Source: Vulcanimicrobiota bacterium (GTDB lineage: Bacteria > Vulcanimicrobiota > Vulcanimicrobiia > Eremiobacterales > Eremiobacteraceae). Taken from it: 64,000 nucleotides of DNA. Within the stretch, counting starts at the first letter, position 1. Every line of letters begins with the position of its first letter. Positions 11,201 through 19,521 of this stretch are shown here, piece by piece. The position numbers and the translations under genes are program-made. The notes below the pieces were generated by a model. That model made no database searches. It saw only the letters and a list, made by a program, of their open reading frames with translations, and had not been told where the DNA came from. The stretch lies in assembly GCA_963805945.1 (NCBI GenBank), contig CAWDVP010000006.1, forward strand, positions 288,001 through 352,000, given 5' to 3'.

Positions 11201-11691
11201 CGCTGCAGCTCGATCCAGAAATTGCCCCAGCCGAAGATGTCGCGGAACGCGGCGGCGCGTTCGCATGCGCCGCGGACGTCATCGCGCGCGAGCGCCTGCG
11301 GGACCGCGCCATGCTCGCAGCCGGACAGCGCGATGAGCCCCTTGGCGTAGCGCGAGAGGTTGTAGTAGGACGTGCGCGGCGCGCCGCGTTCGTTGTCGAG
11401 ATGGGCGCGGCTGAGCAGCCGCGAGAGATTGCCGTACCCCTCCTTCGTCTCGGCGAGCACGACGAGATGGCTGTCGTCCTCGAGCGTCAGCTCGGCGCCG
11501 ATGACGGCGGGCAGCTGCGCTTCACGCGCGGCTTGGGCGAAGCGCACGGCGCCGTAGAGGCCGTCGCGATCGGTGATCGCGCAGCCGGCCAGGCCGAGCT
11601 GCGCTGCGCGCTCGACCAGCTCTTCGGGGTGCGAGCCGCCCTCGAGCAGGGTGAAATTGGAATGACAGTGGAGCTCGGCGTACGGCAGCAT
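8290..11691 (-). CDS. dnaE2: Error-prone DNA polymerase III alpha, DnaE2/ImuC
   Basis: PHP HCHSNF, GRGSAANS, PDIDLD, C-terminal TRDFR motif; downstream of imuAB. Confidence 0.95.
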   Translation of the reverse strand: MLPYAELHCHSNFTLLEGGSHPEELVERAAQLGLAGCAITDRDGLYGAVRFAQAAREAQLPAVIGAELTLEDDSHLVVLAETKEGYGNLSRLLSRAHLDNERGAPRTSYYNLSRYAKGLIALSGCEHGAVPQALARDDVRGACERAAAFRDIFGWGNFWIELQRHLLPDDGPRIRALAAVAQNLELGLVATGGVHYALPEHRELADVLACIRLKTTLDDAGARLRPNGEYALRSAQAMLRLFPEHPRAIAASAAIAQRCSFRLERLRNEFPDFPLPSGETAFSYLYALVQEGVRRRYRPVTPEVSKQIAHELAVIEKLDLAGYFLIVWDIVRFAMERGIFVQGRGSAANSAVCYALNITSVDPVGLKLLFERFLSEERAELPDIDLDCPSGEKREQIIQYVYQRYGREHSAMVAEVISYRARSAVRDIGKAIGLSLDQVDALAKSLDGYSAARALSDVARGSVVPEPVVPERSSGNASHLPSLDAHGEPPALSAAEVAGAVAALPPALHVDLAGDTAERLYELCRRIDSFPRHLSQHVGGMVITRSPLIEVAPLEKAAMPDRTILCWDKDDCAALGLIKIDLLGLGMLDAIELAIKEIARVRGETLDLADLRACDDPGVYDMLCAADTVGLFQVESRAQMATLPRLRPRCFYDIVVEVAIIRPGPIQGDMVHPYIRRRKGLEPVTYPHPKLKPVLERTLGVPLFQEQGMRMAVETAGFTAGQADELRRAMGHKRSREKMERLHARLLEGMARNGITREVAERLFQMLSAFADFGFPESHAASFALIVYISGYLKLRYAPEFYASLLNAQPMGFYSPESLIADARRHKVTVLAPDVNVSRYECTSERLPVASAHAALPPGHARGAKGDFDSAAPSSALASSEAPASQSRVLPLETRGYAIRIGLSQVRGIGEKHKAMLNAEREKGPYMDLRDFVLRTQLSKEILESLAAVDAFACFGLSRRQALWEVQRLAILPRVGALERGMTLDEPPVALPRMHQVEEAGADLWGLGLSPTYHAMQFYREQLTARRIYSAADLERLPNRLVMKVAGLVTTRQRPGTAKGFVFATLEDETGLVNVIIRPDIYQKYRPIARDEPAVIVEGVIQKDEGHINVLARRFWKLDLDRLTDGLTTRDFR
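10268..10305 (-). repeat. REP-like palindromic element family C plus partial duplicate, in frame in dnaE2 (VVPEPVVPERSSG)
   Basis: Minus strand gtggtgcccgagcgaagctcggg preceded by gtggtgcctgagcct; near-identical to 44592-44614. Confidence 0.75.
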
Positions 11692-11692
11692 G

Positions 11693-13246
11693 TCAATCGA
11701 ACACGCCTTGCACGTACCAGCCGCCGTCGCGGCGGTCGCAGAACACGAGCAGCAGCGCGCCGGTGCTATCGACGAGCTGGTAGTAGTCGCGCTCGATCGG
11801 ACGCTCCCACCAGCTCTCGCTCAAGCGGAACGGGCCGGCGCGTGCGGCTGCAAGCGGCGGCGCGCTGATCGGCGCGGGCGGATCGACCAGGCGCAGCGCC
11901 GGCGCCCACGCGCCGTGCGAGGTCAACGTCGTCATACCTGACACATATGGAGCGGTCGAGTTCACTCGACCGTTTAGGGAGGTCGAATGTATTCGACCGT
12001 TGAGAGTGCTCCGGCCGTTCGGCTTTCGCGCCCGCGCGCCGTCGCGCGGCGAATCTAGGATGTCGCGCGGCGATTCGATCGGCGTCGCCCGCTGCATGCG
12101 CTCGGGCAGACGGGAACGCGACGGCGTAGATGCCAGCAACACCACCTCCTCACGCTGCAGCGCGGCCTGCAGCCGCGCGAGCGTCGCCGCCAACGCGGCA
12201 CGGCGCGATGCCGCCGTGCCGTCGAACAGCGAGAGCTGCGGCAGCGCCTGGCCGCACGGCGTGACGCGTGCCGTCACCGCCGCCACCGATTCCAGCATCT
12301 CGCGCGACTCGAGCGCGATGCGCGCGAGATGGAACATCGTCTCCGCATTGGCGCTCGGCTCGGCGAGCAGCACCGGCACGGTCGTCGACTCGGTGGAGAA
12401 CTCCAGCTCGATGTCGAGCCGATCGCACGTCTGCGCGCCGCCCGCCAGCCGCGCGGTGACGGCCGCGATGCAGCCGCGCGCGGCGACCAGCACCGGCTCG
12501 AGCCGGTCCACGGCGCCGTCGAATGCGAAGCGTTCCTGGAAGACGGCGGTCTCGTGCCGGGGCTGCAGACGCTCGTCGTCGTCGCCGCGGGCGAGCCGCT
12601 GATAGCGGCGCGCTCGCTCGCCGAAACGCAGGGCGAGCGGCCCGGTCGGCAACGCGGCGAGCTGCCCGAGCGTGCGCAAGCCGAGCAGATCGAGGCGATC
12701 GGCATCGCCAGGCGCGAGCGCAAGCAATGCGATGGGCAGCGGCGCGAGAAACGCCGTGCTGCCGCCCGGCGGCACGATGCTCACCCCGGCGCCCGCGACA
12801 AGCGCTGCGCACCGCGCGGTGAACTTATCGTCGGCGATGCCGGCGGCGCACGAAAAGCCGAGCGCGCTGACGAGCGAGAGCGCGGCGCCGATCGCGCCGG
12901 CTTCGCCCGACGGCAGCGAGGCCGCATCGAAGTAGCAGACGCCCGGCGCCGCGCCCTCCACGAGCGGACCGCACGTCTCGAGCGCCTCGAGCAGCTCGCG
13001 CGTGGCAGCAAGCTCCGCGGCGACATCGCGTGCGATGACCACCAGGCCCGGGCAGGCGGCACGCGCCTGCTTGGGCGTCATGCCGGCCACGACGCTGCCG
13101 GCGTTGCGGCTCGCACACGCAATCTCGCGCCGCGACTCGCCTTGCGCGATGGCGATCGGCCGGCCGCGTAAGGACGGCTTCGCGCGCACGCAGACCTCGA
13201 CCGAGAATTGCGGCAGGACCAAGCATGCGATGCGGCTGGCGATCAA
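11693..13246 (-). CDS. imuB: ImuB, catalytically inactive Y-family polymerase homolog
   Basis: IACLVLPQF, GMTPKQARAACPGL, LGLRTLGQLA, C-terminal GPFRLSESWW...RDYY...WYVQGVFD; TTG start overlapping the imuA stop is inferred. Confidence 0.88.
   Translation of the reverse strand: MIASRIACLVLPQFSVEVCVRAKPSLRGRPIAIAQGESRREIACASRNAGSVVAGMTPKQARAACPGLVVIARDVAAELAATRELLEALETCGPLVEGAAPGVCYFDAASLPSGEAGAIGAALSLVSALGFSCAAGIADDKFTARCAALVAGAGVSIVPPGGSTAFLAPLPIALLALAPGDADRLDLLGLRTLGQLAALPTGPLALRFGERARRYQRLARGDDDERLQPRHETAVFQERFAFDGAVDRLEPVLVAARGCIAAVTARLAGGAQTCDRLDIELEFSTESTTVPVLLAEPSANAETMFHLARIALESREMLESVAAVTARVTPCGQALPQLSLFDGTAASRRAALAATLARLQAALQREEVVLLASTPSRSRLPERMQRATPIESPRDILDSPRDGARARKPNGRSTLNGRIHSTSLNGRVNSTAPYVSGMTTLTSHGAWAPALRLVDPPAPISAPPLAAARAGPFRLSESWWERPIERDYYQLVDSTGALLLVFCDRRDGGWYVQGVFD
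11948..11999. repeat. Two tandem family A palindromes in frame in imuB (NGRIHSTSLNGRVNSTAP)
   Basis: tggagcggtcgagttcactcgaccg (11948-11972) and ggtcgaatgtattcgaccg (11981-11999). Confidence 0.85.
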
Positions 13247-13995
13247 TGCAGCGCTCTTGGCGGTCGAATAAATTCGACCGCTCCATGGACCGCGTCGACC
13301 GCTCCATAGGTGTCGTGGGTCAGCGCCACGCGGACGCTGCGGCCCGGTGCGATGGCGCGCGATTTGGCCACGTCGACCGACGTGACGCACCCGGCCAGGC
13401 GCCCGGCGCCATCGCCACCCTCTTCCCACAGCGGCGCGAGGCCGTGCGCGTGCAACCGCAGCGATGCGAACGACGCCACCGCCTGCACGTCGCCGTTCGA
13501 GACGATCACAAGCGCCGTGCCCGTCTTCTCCGCTTGCGCCGCGAGCCGCGCGCAGTGATGGGTCTGCAACGCAGCGGGCGAGCCGCTGCAATCGAGCACG
13601 ACGACCGCGCATGCGCCGCCGCGCACCAACGCATCCGCGGCGCGGCGCGCTGCGGCCGCAGCGCGCGGACGCACCACCACGAGCCGGCGCAGATCGACGC
13701 CCGCGGCTTCCGCCACCGGCGCGAAGAACGTCCTTTGAGGATCGATATACGCGCCGATGCCGCCGCCCTGCGTGCAGGCCGCGAGGGCGGCCAGCGCGAG
13801 CGTCGTCTTGCCCGAGGAAGGGGCGCCGAAGATCTCGGTCAGGCGGCCGATGGGTATGCCGCTCGGCCCTAAGAGATCGTCCAAAACGGCGATGCCGCTC
13901 GGCGTGCCGGCCCGCGCAGGAGCGATGGCGTGGGGTACGGCTCCCTGCCAACGGCGCTCGAGCGCAGCCCGTAACTGCACGATAGAGGACGACAT
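13243..13995 (-). CDS. imuA: ImuA, RecA-like protein
   Basis: RecA-like fold with EIFGAPSSGKTT; first gene of the imuA-imuB-dnaE2 cassette. Confidence 0.85.
   Translation of the reverse strand: MSSSIVQLRAALERRWQGAVPHAIAPARAGTPSGIAVLDDLLGPSGIPIGRLTEIFGAPSSGKTTLALAALAACTQGGGIGAYIDPQRTFFAPVAEAAGVDLRRLVVVRPRAAAAARRAADALVRGGACAVVVLDCSGSPAALQTHHCARLAAQAEKTGTALVIVSNGDVQAVASFASLRLHAHGLAPLWEEGGDGAGRLAGCVTSVDVAKSRAIAPGRSVRVALTHDTYGAVDAVHGAVEFIRPPRALH
13260..13308 (-). repeat. Family A palindrome plus a half copy at the imuA C-terminus (YGAVDAVHGAVEFIRPP)
   Basis: gcggtcgaataaattcgaccgctccat (13260-13286) and gtcgaccgctccata (13295-13308). Confidence 0.85.
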
Positions 13996-14003
13996 GGGAG
14001 ACT

Positions 14004-14032
14004 AGTATAATCGAACATACGTTCGATATCAA
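14004..14032 (-). promoter_or_regulatory. Sigma70-type promoter of imuA containing a LexA SOS box
   Basis: Minus strand TTGATA-17 bp-TATACT; the spacer holds TCGAAC-ATAC-GTTCGA (14011-14026), the GAAC-N4-GTTC box. Confidence 0.9.
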
Positions 14033-14076
14033 GACTCTCGTAAGGTTGCCCCAAAGCAGGCACGAAAGCCCCGGAG

Positions 14077-15714
14077 ATGAGCGATTTCGCCGCCACAGCC
14101 GAGGCTATCATACGCGCTCGGCTCAAAGACGACCCCATCGACGCCACCCGGGCCGGCATCCACGACTACGACGGCGAGTTGCCCGATATCACGGCCGAGG
14201 GCGTCGCCCAGTCGCATGAAGACATCAAAGCGCACCTGGCGAGTCTCGCCCGCTTCGCGCCGGGCGATCTCACGCCCGCCGAGCGCATCGACCATCGCCT
14301 GCTCGGCTCGACGCTTGACGTCGAATCGCGCGAACAGACCGAGCTGCAGCCGGAGAAACACGATCCGTCGCTGTACCCGTCGATCGCCGCCGAAGGCGTC
14401 TACTCCCTCCTGGCGCGCGACTTCGCGCCGCTGGCGGAGCGGCTGCCGTCGATCGTGTCGCGCTTGCGCGGCATCCCCGAGATGCTGGCGGCCGGCGCGC
14501 GCAATCTCGTCCGTTCGCCGCGCATCTGGACGGAGATCGCGCTCGAAGAGACCGCCGGCGTCGTCGAATTCTTCGAGCAGACGGTAGCGCCGCTCGTCGA
14601 CGATCGAAGCGGTCGAATGAATTCGACCGCTCCAAAGGCCTTGCACGACGCCATCGCCGCTCTGCACGAGTACGGACGTTTCCTCAAGGAGCAGCAGCTG
14701 CGCCGCGACGGCATGCCGTTCGCCATCGGGCGCGACTTCTTCGACTACAAGCTCAAGCACGAGCATTTCTTGCCGTACACCGCGGAGACGCTGCTCGCAT
14801 TCGGTGAAGGCGCAGTGCGCGAGACGGAGCTCCGTCTCCAAGAGGTCGCTGCGCTCATCGAGCCTGATGCGCAATGGCCGGCGCTCGTCGAACGGCTGCG
14901 CGAGGACCATCCGGCGGAGGGCGATCTGCTATCCGAATATCGGCGTGGACTCGCGGAGGCGCGCCGCTTCGTCGTCAAGCGGGACCTGGTGAGCATTCCC
15001 GCCGGCGAATCGCTGGAGATCGTCGAGACGCCCATCTTCGTGCGTCCGACGATACCGTATGCGGCCTACGTACAGCCCGGCGTCTTCGATGCGCGCCAAC
15101 AGGGGCTGTATTACGTCACGCCGGTGAGCGAGCACGGCGACGCGACCGAGCGCCACGAGCAGCTGCAGGGCCACAACCGCTTCGGCATGCTGCTCACCAA
15201 CGTGCATGAAGGCTACCCCGGACACCACCTGCAGCTCGTCATCGCCAATCGTGCGCCGTCGCTCGTGCGCCGTTTCCACGACAGCACCGTCTTCTGCGAG
15301 GGCTGGGCGCTGTATTGCGAACAGCTCGTGCTCGACGAAGGCATGAGCGACGACCCGCGCAGCAGGCTCTTCCAGCTCAAGGACCAGCTCTGGCGGGCGT
15401 GCCGCGTGGTCATCGACGTCAAGCTGCAGACCGCTCAGATGACGTTCGACGAAGCCGTCTCGATGCTCGTCGACGTGGCCAAGCTGGAGCATGTCAACGC
15501 GGTGGGCGAGGTGCGCCGCTACACGCAGTCGGCCACGCAGCCGATGTCGTACCTGGTGGGCAAGCAGCAGATCATGGAACTGCGGAACAGCGAGCGTCGG
15601 CGGCTCGGGGCGGGCTTCGGGCTGCGCGATTTCCACGACCGTCTCTTGGCGCAGGGTTCGCTGCCCGTGGCCCTGATCGAAGAGTCTTTCGCGCCGATGG
15701 CGCAAGGGAGATAG
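14077..15714 (+). CDS. DUF885 family putative metallopeptidase
   Basis: HEGYPGHHLQ, EGWALYCE, RVVIDVKL, SYLVGK motifs. Confidence 0.88.
   Translation: MSDFAATAEAIIRARLKDDPIDATRAGIHDYDGELPDITAEGVAQSHEDIKAHLASLARFAPGDLTPAERIDHRLLGSTLDVESREQTELQPEKHDPSLYPSIAAEGVYSLLARDFAPLAERLPSIVSRLRGIPEMLAAGARNLVRSPRIWTEIALEETAGVVEFFEQTVAPLVDDRSGRMNSTAPKALHDAIAALHEYGRFLKEQQLRRDGMPFAIGRDFFDYKLKHEHFLPYTAETLLAFGEGAVRETELRLQEVAALIEPDAQWPALVERLREDHPAEGDLLSEYRRGLAEARRFVVKRDLVSIPAGESLEIVETPIFVRPTIPYAAYVQPGVFDARQQGLYYVTPVSEHGDATERHEQLQGHNRFGMLLTNVHEGYPGHHLQLVIANRAPSLVRRFHDSTVFCEGWALYCEQLVLDEGMSDDPRSRLFQLKDQLWRACRVVIDVKLQTAQMTFDEAVSMLVDVAKLEHVNAVGEVRRYTQSATQPMSYLVGKQQIMELRNSERRRLGAGFGLRDFHDRLLAQGSLPVALIEESFAPMAQGR
14608..14634 (-). 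repeat. Family A palindrome in frame in the DUF885 gene (SGRMNSTAP)
   Basis: agcggtcgaatgaattcgaccgctcca. Confidence 0.88.
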
Positions 15715-15717
15715 CAC

Positions 15718-16200
15718 GTGTATATCGCTTTCAAACTCCTGCACGTCTTGGCGGTCATCATCTTCCTCGGCAACATCACCGTCGGAGGGTTCTGGAAGGC
15801 GTGGGCCGATCGCACGAAGGATCCGCGCATCATCGCCTATACCATCGACGGCATCATCCGAGCCGACAGGATCTTCACGATTCCGAGCATCTTCTTGTTG
15901 CTCATCGGCGGGATCGGAGCGGCGCTCGCCGGGCACATCCCCATCGTGAGCACCGGTTGGATCCTGTGGTCGATCGTGCTCTTCATGATCGCCGGCCTGG
16001 CGTTCGCTCCGGTGGCCCGAGCGCAGCGCCTGCTCTCCGCCACCGCGCACGAAGGCGTCGATTCCGGCACGATGAGCGCGGAGCTCTATGCGCGCTTCAG
16101 CCACGTGTGGAACTTCTGGGGCATGATCGCGCTGCTCGCGCCCGCCGCTGCGGCGGTGCTGATGATCGTCAAACCGGCGCTGCCGGCCTTTCACGCGTGA
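15718..16200 (+). CDS. DUF2269-like membrane protein
   Basis: KLLHVLAVIIFLG start, four TM segments, LMIVKP end. Confidence 0.8.
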   Translation: MYIAFKLLHVLAVIIFLGNITVGGFWKAWADRTKDPRIIAYTIDGIIRADRIFTIPSIFLLLIGGIGAALAGHIPIVSTGWILWSIVLFMIAGLAFAPVARAQRLLSATAHEGVDSGTMSAELYARFSHVWNFWGMIALLAPAAAAVLMIVKPALPAFHA

Positions 16201-16212
16201 AACTGCATCCAC

Positions 16213-16677
16213 GTGCGCAGCGGCCTGCTGCGCCGGGGCGAGCGCGTGCTGTTGACGCAGTGCCGATATCCAGGCCAAAACGAGGCGCTGTGGACGCTGC
16301 CCGGCGGCCGGCCCGAAGCTGCTGAGAGCAGCACGGCCACCGTGGTGCGCGAGTTCTTGGAGGAGACGTCCCTGCGCGTCGAGGTCGGTCCCCTCGCCTA
16401 CGTCAGCGAGTCGCTGGACGCCGCGCTTGGGATGCATGTCGTCAACCTGACCTTCCACGTCGAGGAGCTCGGCGGGCCCGTAGAGCCGCGCGCGCAGGAT
16501 CCCGCCGTCGTGCGGGTCGAGTTCGTGCCGGTCGCGCAAGCGCCGGCGCTGCTGCGCGCCGACGTGCTGCGCATCCCCGTCGCGGCGGCGCTCGCCGGAA
16601 CGCGCGAGCGCTACTTCTCGTTCCGCAGCGAGGACATCGTGGAACCGTTCTTCCGCACCGCCATGGGTAACGCGTGA
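16213..16677 (+). CDS. NUDIX hydrolase
   Basis: Nudix box variant WTLPGGRPEAAESSTATVVREFLEETSL; start uncertain. Confidence 0.85.
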   Translation: MRSGLLRRGERVLLTQCRYPGQNEALWTLPGGRPEAAESSTATVVREFLEETSLRVEVGPLAYVSESLDAALGMHVVNLTFHVEELGGPVEPRAQDPAVVRVEFVPVAQAPALLRADVLRIPVAAALAGTRERYFSFRSEDIVEPFFRTAMGNA

Positions 16678-16982
16678 TGGGATATCTGATCGATCCGCCG
16701 CAACACGTGGAAGGCGAGTACGTCGCCGTGTTCGCGCAGTCCGATCTCGCCGACGCGCTCGCGATCGAGTTCCTGAAGAGCCATGGGCTGCATCCGGTGG
16801 CGATGCCGCAGATGGGCGACCTGGGCGCCGCGCTCGGCGGCGCTTTCGCAGGCGGCTCCGATCTCTTCGGCGGCGACGCCCTGCTGTGCGTGCCCGCCGC
16901 CGAGGCAGAGCAGGCGCTGGACCTGCTCGAGTTCGATTCCGGACTTGTCGACGAGGACGAAGCGGATGAGGACGACGCGTGA
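16674..16982 (+). CDS. Small hypothetical protein (DUF2007-like)
   Basis: Operon-coupled ORF with LCVPAAEAEQALDLL pattern and acidic tail. Confidence 0.6.
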   Translation: MMGYLIDPPQHVEGEYVAVFAQSDLADALAIEFLKSHGLHPVAMPQMGDLGAALGGAFAGGSDLFGGDALLCVPAAEAEQALDLLEFDSGLVDEDEADEDDA

Positions 16983-16988
16983 ACTATA

Positions 16989-17960
16989 GTGGCTGAACTG
17001 CGCAACGAGTTCGCGTTCTCCTGGTCGCGCCACCAGTCGTTCTACTCCTGTCCGCGTAAGTTCTACTGGCAGCACTACGGCTCGTGGCAGGGCTGGGATG
17101 ACGACGCGCCGCGCGAGGCGCGCATCGCATATCGGCTCAAGAAGCTGCAAAGCGTCGCGATGCTCATCGGCGACACGTTCCACGCCGAGCTGAGCGAAGT
17201 GCTGCGCCGCCGGCCCGATCGGCCGAGCGGCGTGCCGGCCGACCATTTGCGCGAGACGATGGAGCGGCGGCTCCTCAAGCACGTCCGCGAATCCCGCGAC
17301 AAGGATTGGCAGCGTTTCGGCAACGTCAAAGACTATGCGATCCTGTTCGAGGACTACTACGGCGCCGGCTTGACGGCAGCAGACGAGCAGCGGGCGCTCG
17401 GCATGCTGCGCGAGTGCGTCGAGGGTTTCGCGCGCAGCGGCTTCGGCAAGCGGGTCTTCGGCGTCGAGAAGGCGCGGCTGCGGATGATCGACCCCAAGGG
17501 TTTCGAGGAGAAACGCGCCGTGCTCGACGGCTTGCAGGTCTACGCCGCGCCCGACCTCATCGTCGCCAGCGAGAACGGCGATCTGCACGTCATCGATTGG
17601 AAGACCGGTTCGCCGCACAAGCAGAATCTCGCCCAGCTGTCGATCTACGGTCTCGTCGTGTCGGAGAAACAGGGCGTGCCGCTGGAGCGGCTCACCGCGC
17701 ATCTCGTCTACGTGCGCGCCGGCGTGCACGAGCCCTATGCGAACCTCGCGGCCGGCGTCGAGGAGGCCCGCCGCTACATCTCGACGTTCGTCGACGACGT
17801 GCGCGGGCGGCTCACCGACATCGAGGCGAATCGAGCGGACGACATCGAGGCCTTCCCCATGACCACGGATCTATGGAAGTGCCGCAGCTGCAATTTCCGC
17901 GAGCTGTGCGGCCGGGCCGGCGAGCCTGCCTTGCCGCCGGATGACGAGGCCGCCTCCTAG
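16989..17960 (+). CDS. PD-(D/E)XK nuclease, Cas4/AddB-like with four Cys
   Basis: SCPRKFY ... PDL ... IDWKTG ... QLSIYG ... CRSCNFRELC. Confidence 0.85.
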   Translation: MAELRNEFAFSWSRHQSFYSCPRKFYWQHYGSWQGWDDDAPREARIAYRLKKLQSVAMLIGDTFHAELSEVLRRRPDRPSGVPADHLRETMERRLLKHVRESRDKDWQRFGNVKDYAILFEDYYGAGLTAADEQRALGMLRECVEGFARSGFGKRVFGVEKARLRMIDPKGFEEKRAVLDGLQVYAAPDLIVASENGDLHVIDWKTGSPHKQNLAQLSIYGLVVSEKQGVPLERLTAHLVYVRAGVHEPYANLAAGVEEARRYISTFVDDVRGRLTDIEANRADDIEAFPMTTDLWKCRSCNFRELCGRAGEPALPPDDEAAS

Positions 17961-18745
17961 GGCTCCGAGTCCATGCTCTCCGCTCCGGCCGGCGGCGTCG
18001 ATTCCGCGTGCACGCCGAGCGCGATCAGCTCGGGCACGGTGACCAGATGGTAGCCCTCATGCTTCAGCGCTTCCACGATGAGCTTGGTCGCCTCGACGGT
18101 GGGTTCTCGATCGCCGCCGCGGCCTCGATTCCCGTCGTGGAGCACGATGATGCTGCCGTCGCGGACATACTTGAGCACCCGATCCGCGATCACTTGCGGC
18201 GCGGGCCGCTCCCAATCGCGCGGCAAGGGGACGGACCACATGATGACCTGATAGCCCAGGTCGTGCGCGACCTCGATCACCGTGTAGTCGCGCGCGCCGA
18301 ACGGCGGCCGGAAGAGATCCGTCCGCTCGCCCGTCGCCTTGACGATCGCATCCTGCGTGCTCTGCAGCTCGCGCGCGATGTGCCCGCGCGATTCGAGGAC
18401 GAGGTGCGCGTGGTCCCATGAGTGATTGCCGATCGCATCGCCGTAGCGGGCTTCGCGCGCGACCGACTCCGGGTACTTCTCGACCGCCGAGCCGACCACG
18501 AAGAACGTCGCGCGCACCTTCTGCTGGTGGAGATACTCGACGATCTCGTCCGTGTACGGCGGGTTCGGACCGTCATCGTAGGTGAGCGCCACATACTTGC
18601 CCGGCATGGGCACTTGGGTGACGGTGGTGCCGAAGGTCTGGTTGTAGGGGTTCTCGAGCAGATACCAGACCGCCGCGCCCATCGCCGCGACGACGAGGCC
18701 CGAGATGCACAGCTCGCGCCAGCGTGTGGCGATCCAATCGCGCAT
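17957..18745 (-). CDS. Polysaccharide deacetylase (CE4/NodB), membrane anchored
   Basis: TYDDGP, NHSWDH, FRPPFG, IIVLHDG motifs. Confidence 0.93.
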   Translation of the reverse strand: MRDWIATRWRELCISGLVVAAMGAAVWYLLENPYNQTFGTTVTQVPMPGKYVALTYDDGPNPPYTDEIVEYLHQQKVRATFFVVGSAVEKYPESVAREARYGDAIGNHSWDHAHLVLESRGHIARELQSTQDAIVKATGERTDLFRPPFGARDYTVIEVAHDLGYQVIMWSVPLPRDWERPAPQVIADRVLKYVRDGSIIVLHDGNRGRGGDREPTVEATKLIVEALKHEGYHLVTVPELIALGVHAESTPPAGAESMDSEP

Positions 18746-18753
18746 CGCGCCCG

Positions 18754-19428
18754 TCAGCGGCCTGCGTTCGAGGCGTGCACGGGGTTGTCGCTCGCGGCCA
18801 GCTCAGCCCTGATCTTCGCCTGCGCCTGCTGCACGCTTGGCGGGCCGAACGACTCCACAGATTCGACGATGTTGAGATAGCGCTTGTCCTGCAGCGGCGT
18901 GCTGCTGACGCCGACCGGCGAGTTCGGAGTTCTTCAGATTGAGCGGATACTCGCGGCCTTTCGTCATCGCCCAGAAGAGCGGATCGGAAAAGCTCGAAGA
19001 CACGATAGCCGCCTTCGTCGCCGAGCGTCTGCGCGATATAGATGACGTACTCGTCACGCGGGTGGGCGCGGATCGGCTTATCGGGCACTCCCCAGATGTC
19101 CTCGGCGCGCAGCTGCTCGTAGAGGAACGTCGCTTGCTGGTCCGCTCAGCGGCACGTCGAACTGCTTGGTGACGCTGCCGTCGCGATTGGTCGCCGAGTA
19201 GAACATCATCACCTTGCCGTCGTCGTTGCTGATGCGATAGGTCTGCTCGGAGAGCGGCCCGGCCTGCAGGTATTGCTGCATCGTCACGGTCCACGTGCTC
19301 CTCGCGTCGCGCACCTGCTTGACGGCGCGCTGCTGGTCGAAATAGGGCTTTAGGAAGACGAAATACGCGGTGGCGAGCAGACTCGCCATTATGAAGAGGA
19401 CGACGATCGAGCGTGTGCGTTCGTTCAC
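18754..19428 (-). pseudogene. Membrane-anchored hypothetical protein split by several frameshifts (likely assembly errors)
   Basis: GGAG then GTG start, MNERTRSIVVLFIMASLL...; coding-like text continues across three frames. Confidence 0.55.
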
Positions 19429-19521
19429 CTCCGTTGTTTCGCGGCGCGGCGCGGCAAACGCTTTTGCGCGCGGAGGGCATCTGCCGCCGTATCCGCAAAT
19501 GGGGCGCGGGGGACGCCGCTT

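Noticed and set aside
11693..14032. 779-aa ORF as an ImuA-ImuB fusion
   Set aside because: ImuA is complete in another frame; the upstream part of this ORF is a shadow and ImuB likely starts at 13246
16989..17960. Nuclease as part of a CRISPR-Cas locus
   Set aside because: No array or other cas genes in the window
19430..19521. SAM riboswitch upstream of the yitJ-like gene
   Set aside because: No SAM-I core (ATCxAGAG...GATxA) recognised
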